From: Mobula hypostoma
Taxonomy: Eukaryota
NCBI RefSeq assembly: GCF_963921235.1
Contig: NC_086097.1
Span: 225,620,001-225,684,000, forward strand
Length of the DNA: 64,000 nt
Reading direction: 5' to 3'
Shown here: piece by piece, positions 12,860-25,179 of the stretch
Layout: every line of letters starts with the position of its first letter
Numbering within the stretch: position 1 is the stretch's first letter
The notes under the pieces: model-generated
Told to the model about the DNA's origin: nothing
What the model saw: the letters and a program-made list of their open reading frames with translations, nothing else
Database searches by the model: none
Made by a program: the position numbers and the translations under genes

Positions 12860-13170
12860 CGAAGCCATGTATTTCATCAACATTCTTTTAACATCCTACC
12901 ATTTACAAAGTATGTCTTACATTAGTTGACTTCCCAAAATGTGTAACGTCACGCATATCAGGATTAAAATCCATCTGCCAAAGCTTTGCACAAATTTCCA
13001 CCTAATCTACTATATATTGCTGTAACCTTCTTCACTATCCACAACATCACCAACTTTTGTGGTATCTAAAAACTTGGCAGTCCATACATCCAATGGTTAC
13101 TATTGCTCACAAACAACAAGGGACCCTCTGCTGAATGATACTCAATCTTTTCCTGGTCATGCCTTTGCTT
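12860..13170 (-). mobile_element. Highly decayed CR1 RT fragment
   Basis: Reverse complement encodes KFLDTTKVGDVVDSEEG and WQMDFNPD-like segments. Confidence 0.6.
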
Positions 13171-13199
13171 CTCATACACTTATTCACTATCCTGACATC

Positions 13200-16100
13200 A
13201 GGAATAGCCTGACATCGGTGGCTGGGAAGTTGTTGAAATCAATTGCTGGGGATGTACGGAGTACCTGGAGGCACATGACAAGATGGGCCAAAGCCAGCAC
13301 AGTTTCCTTAAAGGGGAACCCTGCCTGATTAACCTACTGCAATTTTTTGAGCAAATTACAAGCAGGGTAGACAAAGGAGATGCAGTGGATGTGGTGTACC
13401 TGAATTTTCAGAAGGCTTTTGACAAGGTGTCGCGCATGAGGCTACTTAGCAACATAAGAGCCTATGGAATTACAGAGGAGTTACTAGCGTGGGTGGAGCA
13501 TTGGTTGATTGGCAGAAAGCAGAGAGTGGGAATAAAGGGATCCTTTTCTGGCTGGCTGCTGGGTTCCATAGGGGTCGGTATTGGGACCGCTGATTTTTAC
13601 GATGTGTGTCAATGATTTGAACTATAGGATTAATGGATTTGTGGCTAAATTTGCCGATGATACAAAGATAGGTGGAAGAGTGGGTAGTGTTGAGAAAACA
13701 GAGAGCCTGTAGAAAGCCTTAGATAGTTTAGGGGAATGGGCAAAGAAGTGGTAAACGAAATACAATGTTGGAAAGTGTATGGTCATGCACTTTCATGGAA
13801 GAAATAAACTGTCAGACTGTTATTTTAAAGGGGAGAGGATTCAAAATGCAGGGATGCAAAGGGACTTGGGAATCTTTGTGCAGGATACCCTAAAGGTTAA
13901 CCTCCAGGCTGAGTTGGTAGTGAAGAAGGCGAATGCACTGTTGGCATTCATTTCTAGAGGTGTAGAATATCACAAGATCACAAGACAAAGGAGCAGAAGT
14001 AGGCCATTCGGCCCATTGAGTCTGCTTTGCAGGTCCCCCATGAGCTAAACTATTCACCCATGTAGTTCCAGTTTCCGGCTTTTTCCCCATATCCCTTGAT
14101 ACCCTGACTAATTAGATACCTGTCAATCTCCTCCTTAAACGCCTTCAATGATCGGGCCTCCACAGCTGTATGTGGCAACGAATTCCACAAATCCACGACC
14201 CTCTGGCTAAAAAAATTTCTCCTCATCTCTGTTTTAACTGGGTACCCTCAAATTCTAAGACTATGGCCTCTTGTCCTGGACTCACCCATCAAGGGAAACA
14301 ACCTTTTCGCATCTACTCTGTCCAACCCTTTCAACATTCGAAATGTTTCTATGAGATCCCCTCTCATTCTTCTATACTCTAATGAATACAGTCCAAGAGC
14401 CGACAGAACGCTCCTCATATGTTAGCCCCTGCATTCCAGGAATCATCCTCGTAAGTCTTCTCTGAACTCTCTCCAACATCAGTACATCCTTTCTAAGATA
14501 GGGGGCCCAAAACTGCACACAGTATTCCAAATGAGGTTTCACTAGTGCCCCATAGAGCCTCATCAACACCTCCTTACTCTTATACACTATTCCTCTTGAA
14601 ATGAATGCCAACATAGCATTCGCTTTCCTTACCACCAATCCAACTTGGTGGTTAACCTTTAGGGTATCCTGCACGAGGACCCCCAAGTCCCTTTGCACTT
14701 CCGATTTTTGAATTTTCTCCCCATCTAAATAATAATCTGCCCTATTATTTCTTCTTCCAAAATGTACAACTGTACATTTGTCAACGTTGTATCTCATCTG
14801 CCATTTCTTTGCCCACTCTCCTAAACTGACTAAGTCTCTCTGCAACCTTTCCGTTTCTTCAATATTTTCTGCTCCTCCACCTATCTTGGTGTCATCCGCA
14901 AACTTAGCCACAAAACCATTTAATCCATAATCCAAATCATCGATATACATCGTAAAAAGAAGCGGCCCCAACACCGACCCCTGCGGAACACCATTAGTAA
15001 CCGGCAACCAATCAGAATAGGATCCCTTTATTACCACCCTTTGCTTTCTGCCTATCAGCCAATGCTCCACCCATTCCAATATCTTTCCTATAATTCCATG
15101 GGCTCTCATCTTATTAAGCAGCCTCATATGCGGCACTTTATCGAAGGCCTTTTGAAAATCCAAATATACAACATCCACAGCCTCTCCCTTGTCAATCTTA
15201 TTCTAGATTACCTCAAAAAATTCCAATAGGTTGGTGAGGCAGGATCTTCCCTTCATGAAACCATGCTGGCTTCGGCCTATCTTGTCGTGCACCTCGAGGT
15301 ATTTCATAACCTCGTCCTTGAGGATTGACTCCAATATCTTTCCAACTACCGATGTCAGACTAACAGGTCTGTAATTTTCTTTTTGCTGCCTTCTTCCTTT
15401 CTTAAATATCGGAACTACATTTGCGACCTTCCAGTCCTCTGGAACCATGCCGGAGTCTATTGATTCCTGGAAGATCATCTCCAATGCTTCCACAATCTCC
15501 AAAGCCACCTCCTTCAGAACCCTTGGGTGCACCACATCCGGACCGGGAGACTTATCTATTCTTAGTTCACTTAACTTCCCATGCACTTTCTCTCTAGTAA
15601 TCTTGACTGTACCTAATTCTATTCCCTGATACCTCTGGCTATCAGGTATATTGCTCATGTCTTCCACTGTGAAGACTGATGCAAAATACTCATTCAGTTC
15701 CTCCGCCATCTCTTTGTTATCCATTATAATTTCTCCAGCGTCATTTTCAATCGGTCCCATATCTACCCTTGTCACTCTTTTATCTTCATATATTTAAAAA
15801 AACTCTTAGTATCCTTTTTTATGTTAATCGCCAACTTACTTACATAATTCATCTTTTCTTTCCTAATGACTTTCTTAGTTTCCTTCTGTAAGTTTTTAAA
15901 AGTCTTCCAGTCCTCATTTTCCCACTAATTTTTGCTTCCTTGTACACTGTCTCTTTTGCTTTTATTTCAGCCTTAACCTCTCTCGTTAGCCACATTTGTG
16001 CCATTTTTCCATTCATGATTTTCTTTTTTCTTGGAATATATTTTTCCTTCATTTTCCTTATTTCTTGTAGGAATTTCATCCAATTCTGCTCTGCCATCCC

Positions 16101-17125
16101 TCCATTTAGCTTACTTTTCCAATCGACTTGGGCCAGTTCCTCTCTCATACCACTATAATTTCCCCTGTTCCACTGAAATATTGATACACCTGACACCAGC
16201 TTCTGCTTTTCAAATTTGAAACTGAACTCAATCATATTATGATCACTACTTCCAAGGGGTTCCTTTACCTCCAGCTCCCTAATCGCCTCAGGTTCGTTAC
16301 ACAGCACCCAATCCAAAACAGCCGGTCCCCTGGTGGGCTTCTGGACAAGTTGCTCCAAAAAGCCATCCTGTAGGCATTCTACAAACTCCCTGTCCTGAGA
16401 TCCAGTACCTTCCTGACATTCCCAGTCCACTTTCATATTAAAATCCCCCATAATTATCTTGACATTTTCCTTCCGACACGCTTTTCCTATTTTCAGCTGC
16501 AACTTGTAGTCCAGAATATAAGAGCCGGGATGTGATGTTGAAGCTCTATAAGGCAGTCACGAGACCACACTTGGAGTATGACTTGCGGTTTTGGACTCCT
16601 TATTTTAGAAAGGATACACGACATTGGCGAGGGCTCAGAGAAGATCCACAAGAATGATTCCAGAAATGAAAGAGTTATCATAAGATAAATGTCTGGCTGC
16701 TCTTGGGCTGTATTCCCTGGAATTCACGAAAATAAGGGGGGATCTCATAGAAACATTCCCAATGTTAAAAGGCCTGAACAGATTAGATATGGCAAAGTTA
16801 TTTCCCATGGTAGGGGATTCTAGGACAAGAGGGCATGACTTCAGGATTGAAGGACGTCCTTTTAGAACAGAAATACAGAGAAATTACTTTAGTCAGAGGG
16901 TGGTAAATCTATGGAATTTGTTTTCATGAGTGGCTGTCGAGGCCAAGTCATTGTATGCATTTAAGGCAGAAAGGGATAGGTTCTTGATTAGCCAGGGCAT
17001 CAAAGTGTATGGGGAGAAGGCAGGGGAGTGGGGAAGACGGGAAGAATGTGATCAGCCATGATTGAATGGCGGAGCAGACTTGATGGGCTGAATGGCCTAC
17101 TTCTGCTCCTATATCTTATGGTCTT
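13200..17125 (+). mobile_element. CR1-like LINE host copy (13200-13970 and 16513-17125)
   Basis: FQKAFDKV, KFADDTK and LAFISRGVEY continue after the nested insert as EYKSRDVMLKLYK; 3' UTR ends near 17125. Confidence 0.9.
13971..16512 (-). mobile_element. Younger CR1-like LINE nested antisense in another CR1
   Basis: Long ORF2 pieces (217, 190 and 268 aa: GDFN, SDH, NYRPVSL, DFQKAFDKV, PQGSVLGP, FADD); 7-bp TSD AGAATAT at 13964-13970 and 16513-16519; TCTTGTGA tail. Confidence 0.95.
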
Positions 17126-17874
17126 ATTAAAATATCTTGAGAATCTCCTAAACCTTACTTGCCCAGCATTCGGTATGTCATGGCCCCTTTTTGTCCTAAT
17201 TTCTTTCTTGTTACCTTGCTGCAAGGGCATACAGAAAGTGGCTCTGTAAAATCATGCTCCTTTCATATGCGTGTATCAAAATGTGGGGACTAACAATACT
17301 TTCCATAAAATAATTTGTGAAGGCATGCTGTTCTCACAGGTCTTCGTGGGAATTAGTGCATAATGAAAGGTAAATCCTTATTTTGGCACTCAAGTCAATT
17401 TGTGTCCCTTGGTTGAAACTTGATTACAATCTCTTTTTTTAAGCTTTGATTTTGATGACATTTACAACTCCTTGATGGGACTAACAAGAGACTGATCTTT
17501 TGCTGTTTGCCTGCACAAATGACTTCATTACTGCAGAACTGTAATTGTGTGGGTGGAGCTAATAAATGCAGGATTACTTGTTGGTTGCAATAAATAGTGT
17601 GTACCTAGACTGGGCATATAAGACACTTGAAATACTGCTTTCATCCCATAAGGTTAACTGCAGTGTATAAATGTTATTTATAACTCTTGTTAACTTTTAC
17701 ATTATTATCATAAATTGTTGATTTTGCAGCAACAATAAATACCCACAGAAGGAGTGAAAGTTTCTTGAAAAATACAAAACTTCCTACATCAAGTTTGGGA
17801 TTTAAAAAAAGTAGGCAATTATTTGGATAGGTATTGCGAATTGAGTCCCATAACAGCTTAAGAAAGGATCTAAG

Positions 17875-18478
17875 TGTAACACCCGCTTCGCCTAGTGGCT
17901 TAATAGAGAGGGTGATAACCCCCTGCCTGGCCAAACTTCAGAAATCTCATTTGGGTAGATGCTGCGCAGTATGTACCCTGTTACACATCAGTACCCCAAA
18001 ATAACAACAGTACACAACATGTGATTAAATGACCAAGTTTTATAACTATTACTTTGATGATATGGTTAGTAGAGAAACAAAATATAAAAGAAAATGGGCC
18101 CAAATCTTATAAAACAGTCTGCGCACACGAAGTTGGAGCTCATGCAGTTCCGTAGTTCTTCTTCCACCATCGATCTCCTCGGAGCATCGCCAACGCGGAC
18201 CCCTGTTCCGAGTCCATCGCGTCCGGTGGTCTACCAAATTTCTCCATTCGCATCTTCTCTCTTCATCTCTCTCCCTCTCTCCCTCTCGCAAAAGCCCGCT
18301 AAAACAACTCTTCCAGAATCACAAGACAGGGAAACAAAATCCTGATAGGCTAACACGCATCAACAATCCGGTCATCTCTGGCCATAATCCAAACATTGCT
18401 GCTACAGAGAAACATTACTTCAGCAGCGAATATTACAAAAAAACATTACATAGCAGTGAACCTTTACAGCGCGCTACA
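17875..18478 (-). mobile_element. Solo LTR, related to the 10379-11074 LTR and in the opposite orientation
   Basis: TGTA...TACA termini; 4-bp TSD TAAG (17871-17874 and 18479-18482); shares GAGCTCCAACT...TTTTATATTTT...CATTTAATC...GTTATTTGGG...CAGCATC blocks. Confidence 0.85.
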
Positions 18479-18990
18479 TAAGAAAATATGTGCTGGCATT
18501 GGACAGGGTACAGAGGAAGCTCATGAAAGGGTTAACAGATGAGGAGTGTTTAATGGCTCCGGGCCTGTACTCGCTGGAGTTTAGAAGAAAGAGGGGGAAT
18601 CTCATTGAAACTTATTGAATATTGAAAGACCTAGAGGAAGTAGGTGTGGAGAGGATGTCTCCTGTAGTGGGGGAAACTAGGACCAGGGGCATAACCTCAG
18701 AATACAGAGATCTGCCTTTAGAACAGAGAGGTGAGAAGGAACTTCTTTAGCCAGAAGGTGGTGAATCTGCGGAATTCACTGCCACAGATGGCTGTAGAAG
18801 CAAAGTTATTTGGTTTATTTACAGCTGAAGTTGATATGTTCTTGATTAGTACGTGTGTCAAAGACTACGAGTAGAAGGCTGGAAAATGGGGCTGAGGCAT
18901 TAATAAATCAGCCAAGTTGGAATGGTGCAGAAGACTTGATGGACTAAGTGGCCTAATTCTGTTCCCATGTCTTATGATCTTATGGTCATA
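18479..18990 (+). mobile_element. CR1-like LINE 3' end
   Basis: GLYSLEFRRKRGNLIETY and SQKVVNLRNSLP segments, family 3' UTR and TCTTATG tail. Confidence 0.88.
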
Positions 18991-18997
18991 AGATATA

Positions 18998-19633
18998 GCG
19001 GGAGGAGAAGATGGCGGCGCGGCACAGCGCGTGCAGCTCTCCAGTGAAATGATATCGTATTTGTAAGTAGGATGCCGTGCAAAATTCTGATTTGTTGGAG
19101 ACAGACGTGAGAAGCAGAGGAACATCTGGAGAAATCTCTGAAATGCCCATTTCGCTGCCGCTGCTACTGTGCGATCAAGAATCTGCAGAGGGAAGGCCCC
19201 AAAATCCCCGGCTTTGCCTGCTGCTGGCGACCAAGGCTGAGGTCATAGCGTTCGGCAGAGATGGTGCTCGGTACTTAGTGTCGGAGGGCTGATCGGAGCT
19301 CGAAGTTTTCGGATGACTCAGAGTCAGACTGTGGTCGGGCATGGCAGGGAGAGTTTTCTTCCTTTTCCCGTCTGCGTCAGATGTGGGACTTTCGAGAGAC
19401 TTTGAACTTTTTTTTACTGTGCTATGGCCTGTTCTTCATCAAGTTATGGTATTGTTGCACTGTTGCAAATATATGTTATAATTATGTAGTTTTCGTTTGT
19501 TTTTCAGTCTTGGTCTGTCCTGTATTTCCATGATATCACACCGGAGGAATATTGTATCATTTCTTAATGCATGCATTACTAAATGACAATAAAAGAGGAC
19601 TGCGTGTCCTCATAATCTAATCTGGTCTAATCT
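18998..19633 (+). mobile_element. Non-autonomous LINE-dependent retroposon (CpG-rich head, Rex1/Babar-like tail)
   Basis: Starts GGAGGAGAAGATGGCGGCG, has no LINE ORF, and ends ...AAATGACAATAAA...(AATCT)n. Confidence 0.6.
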
Positions 19634-19681
19634 ATGGATATTCTACCAGGAGTCAGGTTGGAAGAGCCAGGAAAATGTGAG

Positions 19682-20280
19682 ATCAGAATCAGAACCAGAA
19701 TCAGAATCAGGTTTATTATCACCGGCGTGTGTCGTGAAATTTGTTAACTTAGCAGCAGCAGTTCAATGCAATACATAATATAAAAGAAGAGAAATAAATA
19801 AGTATGTAAATTAATAAATTTCAGTATAGTGAATAGATAAAAAATAGTGCAAAAAACAGAAATAATATATATTTAAAAAGTGAGATAGTGTCCACGCGTT
19901 CAATGTCAATTTAGGAATAGGATGGCAGAGGGGAAGAAGCTAATCCTGAATCACTGAGTGTGTGCCTTCAGGCTTCTGTATCTCCTACCTGATGGTAACA
20001 GTGAGAAAAGGGCATGCCCTGGGTGCTGGAAGTCCTTAGCAATGGACACTTCCTTTCTGAGACACCACTTCTTGAAGATGTCCTGTAGGCTAGTACCTAA
20101 GATGGAGCTGACAAAATTTACAACCCTCTGCAGTATCTTTTGGTTCTATGCAGTAGCCCCCCACCCCCCCATTCCAGACAGTGATGCAGCCTGTCAGAAT
20201 GCTCTCCACGGTACATCTACAGAAGGTTTTGAATTTATTTGTTGACATACCAAATCTTCAAACTCCTAATGAAGTATAGA
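19682..20280 (-). mobile_element. Rex1/Babar LINE 3' end
   Basis: (GATTCT)n tail; VESILTGCIT and HALFSLLPSGRRYRSL motifs; similar to 51263-52655. Confidence 0.85.
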
Positions 20281-20327
20281 TCCATTAATTAATCATTTTT
20301 AGCTGCTTTCACAAGAGAGGACTATCC

Positions 20328-20790
20328 ATAAAACCATAAGATATAGGAGCAGAAGTAGGCTATTCGGCCCATCGATTCTGCTCCACCATTCATTCATAGG
20401 CTGATACAATTCTTCGAGTCATCCCCACTCCCCTGCCTTCTCCCCATACCCTTTGATGTCCTGGCTAATCAAGAGCCTATCTCTCTCTACCGTAAATACA
20501 CCCAATGACTTGACCTCTACAGCCGCTCGTGGCAACAAATTCCACAGATTTACCACCCCCTGACTAAAGTAATTTCTCCACATCTGAGTTCTAAAAAGAC
20601 GTCCTTCAATCCTGAAGTCGTGCCCTCTAGCCCTAGAATCCCCTAACATGGGAAATAACTTTGCCATATCTAATCTGTTCAGGCCTTTTAACATTCGGAA
20701 TGTTTCTGTGAGATCCCCCCTCATTTTCCTGAGCTCCAGGGAATACAGCCCAAGAGATGCCAGACATTCCTAATACAGTAACCCATATCA
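20328..20790 (-). mobile_element. CR1-like LINE 3' end
   Basis: MRGDLTETFRMLKG...SQGVVNLWNLLP and family 3' UTR. Confidence 0.9.
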
Positions 20791-20931
20791 TTCCCTTATG
20801 ATCAACAGCTTTGTAACAGAGGCTTTTATATCTGGATTTAAAAATACATTTGTGCACAGGAAGAAGTATGCAGTATTGGTCTGTTAAAGAAATATGGGGC
20901 TTAATCTTATCTTCATGTTCTGGATTGTGAA

Positions 20932-21859
20932 AGTTCATTCATTATGCGCCATGCTGTATGACATTAGCGATCATGGTCCTTACATGACCATGACTGCTCT
21001 TGGCAGTTTTGTTCTACGTAAGCGGTTTGACATTTCTTTCTTTTGAACAGTGTCTTTACAGGATGGGTGACCCCAGCCATTATCAATACCTTTCAAAGAT
21101 TGCCTGCCTGGTGTCAAATATTACTTGGAGTACTGTGGGCAGTTTTGGTTTCCTTATTTAAGAAAGGATGTGCTGACGTTGAAGAGGGTACAGAGAAGAT
21201 TCACTGGAATGATTCCGGGAATGAGAGGGTTAACATATGAGGAATGTTTGTCCACTCTTGGACAGTATTCCTTGGAGTTTAGAAGAATGAGGGGAGACCT
21301 CATAGAAACATTTTGAATGTTGAAAGGCATGGACAGAGTGGATGTGGCAAAGTTGTTTCCCATGATGAGGAAGTCTAGTATGAGAGGGCATGACTTAAGG
21401 ATTGAAGGGTGCCTATTCAGAACGGAGATGCCAAGAAAATTTTTTAGCTAGAGGGTGGTGAATCTATGCAATTTGTTGCCACGGGCGGCAATGGCGGCCA
21501 AGTCATTGGGTGTATTTAAGGCAGAGATTGATAGGTATCTGAGTAGCCAGGGCATCAAAGGTTATAGTGAGAAGGCAGGGGAGTGGGACTAAATGGGAGA
21601 ATGGATCAGCTCATGATAAAATGGCAGGGCAGACTTCTTGGGCCGAATAGCCAACTTCTGCTCCTTTGTCTTATGGTCTTATGATCACATAACCAGGACT
21701 TGTGGAATGCATCAGATGCTCATATAACCATCCACCAACTGCTGCATGTAACACTGATTGGGGGGCTGGTCGCTAGCAAATGCTGCACCTTTCCCAAGGG
21801 TGACTTGCAGGATATCAGAGGAAACATCTCCCTTGATACTCCCTCCACTCCGCCACCCA
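20932..21859 (-). mobile_element. Non-autonomous RTE-like element split by a CR1 insertion
   Basis: Non-coding; GCGGTTTGACATTTCTTTCT resembles the RTE-type GTGGTTTGCCATTGCCTTCT block; 5' end GGGTGGC with an HDV-like fold (see findings). Confidence 0.5.
21122..21688 (+). mobile_element. CR1-like LINE 3' end
   Basis: LEYCGQFWFPYLRKD...RRMRGDLIETF; TCTTATGG tail. Confidence 0.9.
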
Positions 21860-22764
21860 GGAGTAGAGCTAATTGAGTTGTGTTAACAGTTGGAGGGAGT
21901 GAAGGAGAAGGGAGAGTTGTTTCCAGCAAGCACTAGACCAAAGCTTCTTTGTAGAGTATGCTTATGCGCCTCATTAACACAGCCAGAACATTAGAATTTA
22001 ATTTTCAGAAAGTAGGCAGGCAAGATGAAAATGTATTCAACTCAATAATATGCATTGTTTTCAAAAGTATTAGTAAAAGTGGCTGAACAATCAAATTAAT
22101 GAATGGAAGACTGAAATGGATTTTGTGACAGAATTTACAAACTCCTCACTGAAGCTCATGGTTCAACTGGAGAATCCCAAAGGACCATTTTATTCCTTGA
22201 AGAAGAGAAGTCAATGATTGACACAGAGAGCATAGCTGGAGGAAGCCATGACTGCAGAGAGAACATTCTTAGTTTCAAATCTGCAAGCAGCTGAATGAGA
22301 TCACCAGAACAGATAAGACAAGAATGAAGGCAGATTCACCTCGATGTGCTAATGGCTCTAGGGAAGAAAACAAGAATATAGGAGCAGCAGCAGGGCCCTC
22401 AGACCTTTCCAGACCTCTCTGCCACTTAGCATGTTCAAGGCTGATCTAAAGCTTCGTAGTGCCAGATCCTCATTGTTTTCAATCTCCCAGTTTTTCAAAA
22501 GAAAATCTACTCTCGTCTTCTCACTCAGTCCTCTGATTTATTCGAACACATCACTCCTAAACACTTACTTAACCCTTCCAGTGTGACCACTGAGCTTCAC
22601 CTCTACACTTGCTCCCATTCCGCATCTCTTCCATATACAGTACCTTCTCTTTAGTGCAGTTTCATGTCATTCTCATAACCTTCATTAACAAATGGTCACT
22701 TCCTGTTTGCTAGTTTGTGGCATCACCCTTACTAAAGGAATCTTTTCCTTTCATTTATTTCTAC

Positions 22765-23008
22765 TTCAGAGCTACAGCAGAGTAACAGGCCCTTCCAACC
22801 CAACAAGCCTATGCACCTACTTGTATGTCACCAATTAACCGGCTAACTCGTACACCTTTGGAATGTGGGAGGAACCCGGAACACCGAGTTGAAACCCATG
22901 CAGTCACAGAAATTGTGTGCAAGCTCCTTATGGCCAGTGTCAGGAATTAAACCCTGTTGCCGGCACTGTAATGGCATAATGCTAACTGTTAAGCTACCAC
23001 GTTACCTA
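22765..23008 (-). mobile_element. tRNA-derived SINE (HE1/V-SINE-like)
   Basis: A-box-like TAGCTTAACAG, B-box-like GGTTTAATTCC, core GGTGTTCCGGGTTCCTCCCACATTCCAAAG and GAAGGGCCTGTT tail. Confidence 0.85.
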
Positions 23009-23816
23009 GAATCTTAGGAGGAGACAGAAAAATAGAATTGGTCATATCCAGTCATGGGCCAAGCAACAGCTGTAGAGGAGCCAGCAGTTTTAGAGGTAGG
23101 AGTATGATAGAATACACGACCATTGGGCACAGGGAAATTAAAGTTTCACAGCTACCCAATGACAGGGCCTAGTATCATCCAGTCACACTTCATGCAGCAT
23201 TCACACACAGTCTCAAAACCAGCAGTGTGAGAAATTGCGGCATGGAATTTGATAACTTTCAATCACCCTGAGCCTCACGGTTGTCGTTCGTATATTTATC
23301 AGTCTTGTTCAAGGAAACTTCAGCCATCAATCAGAAGGCCCAGCAGGAGGATAACAAAACATCACCTCAGAGGTCCTTTTCCACGATGAGGCATCTTCAC
23401 AGATTCGTTCGTACTTGTCACATACCTGCTCAGAAAATTATACTTCATACACCCTCTGTCCCTTTCATTGGGCCCGATGCAGTATAGCTTTCTGAGATGG
23501 GATAAATATCACCCAAGCCTTGGTCTTTAGCACCCTTGGATCTGCAAGCAGCATGTTGATCAGCAGGTCATTATCATTATGGAAGTTTCAGGGTGGGTTG
23601 GATGAAATTGAAGTTGTAACAGGCTCTGGTCAAAGTTCTTCCATCCATCACATTTTCCCATCACGTTAATCAGGGTCCACACATACAGAAGGCTATTTAT
23701 GTCCCTACACAAAAAGCCTACAAAATGTAGTGGACGCAGCCCAGTCCATCAAAGGAAAAGCCATCCCTACCATTGAGCAGATCTGCATGGAGTACTGCGG
23801 CAAGCTGCATCTAGCA

Positions 23817-25038
23817 CGGGAGTCCCAACCCTGTTTTGCACCGCAGACTGGTTTAATATTGACAATATTCTTGCAGACTGACCGACTGGGGGGCGGGGGT
23901 GGTGTGTTAATCATGACCAGAATATAGGTGATAAATCAACTATAAGTCACTTATAAGTGGCTAATACACTCAATTTCGTTTCTCAAGGGGTTTATCTGAC
24001 AAATTTAATATTAAACACACGGCGCATATTTTCCTCGCATGAATGTAGTGATAAGTCAATTATAACAGTGGTCCCAAACCTCCGGGCCGCGGGCCGATAC
24101 ATTGCCGCGAAGAATGCAGCGGTACAGCGGTGGCCGGAACGCACCCAGCACATCTTTAAGAAAAACGCCGAAATAAACAAGCTAATTAATTGGGTGCCGC
24201 CCAGCACGTAAATGCCGGCCCAGATCAGAGGCAACGCAATCAGCAATCGTCTCTGATCTGGGTTGACATTTACGTGCCGGGCGGCACCTAATCAATTAGC
24301 TTGTTTATTTTGGCTTTTTCTTAAAGATGTGCTGCGTGTGTTCCGGCTACCGCTGTACTCTTCGCAGCCTGGAGGTTGGGGACCACTGAATTATAAGTCA
24401 CTTATAAGTCAATAGCATCATAACATTTTAAGTAACATTTGGATATTAAACACACAGCGCATATTTTCCTCGTATGAACAAATAAAATCATTGCAACACA
24501 CCAATATCGCTGAATCAGTGGAGCCCTGGGCTTGCTTTCCTGCAACAACACGGTCCTATCAAGGCGTGATGGGAGACAGCGATATTCAAAGGGGATTCCT
24601 TATGTCCAGTCTATTCGCAATTTAGTTTTCATTGCATTCATTGTAGAAAACTCCGCTTCGCAGCGATATGATGTTGGAAAGGAAGCAACTTTTTCAGTGC
24701 TTTCGTGGCTACCTCAGGATATTCAGCCTTGACTTTGATCCAGAATGCCGGCAGAGATGTTATGTCAAACATACTTTTCAGCCCACCGTCATTTGCAAGC
24801 TCGAGGAGTTGATCTTTTTCCCGCGCTGACATAGAAGATTCACCAGAAACATTCACAAATGGGTCCTTTGCAAGTCTTGGGTTATTTGCATCTTGGGTCA
24901 CTGATGACCTTGCGCGCGTTAAAGTTCAACAGTGGGCATGACAAGGAATGAGGAAAGGTGCAGCTGACTCATATCGTTTCATATCACCAAATTATATCGT
25001 TTCCTCGCAGCCCGCGGGCCGGTGGTTGGGGACCACTG
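23817..25038 (-). mobile_element. hAT-Charlie DNA transposon, internally deleted
   Basis: TIRs CGGGAGTCCCAACC and GGTTGGGGACCACTG; 8-bp TSD ATCTAGCA (23809-16 and 25039-46); hATC fragment DQLLELANDGGLKSMFDITSLPAFWIKVKAEYPEVATKALKKLLPF at 24638-24901. Confidence 0.93.
24066..24388. mobile_element. Palindromic hAT MITE nested in the Charlie element
   Basis: CAGTGGTCCCAAACC...GGTTGGGGACCACTG termini; 8-bp TSD AATTATAA (24058-65 and 24389-96); internal inverted arms longer than 100 bp. Confidence 0.93.
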
Positions 25039-25179
25039 ATCTAGCATCAAGGATCCTCAGCATCCAGGCCATGTTCTCTTCTTGCTGTTGCCACAGGAGA
25101 CTTGGGTCCCACCCCATCAGGTTCAGGAACAGTTGTTACCCTTCAACCATCCTGCTCCTTTACCGGTGTGGATAACTTC

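Noticed and set aside
22930..23008. tRNA gene
   Set aside because: The A/B-box-like motifs belong to a SINE head; no cloverleaf.
23150..23700. Possible very old RTE RT fragment (EVLFHDEA resembling ELLFADDA)
   Set aside because: Similarity too weak to support without an alignment search.
24638..24901. Domesticated ZBED/Buster-type gene exon
   Set aside because: Lies between TIRs with a TSD, is truncated and is frameshifted; it is a transposon fossil.
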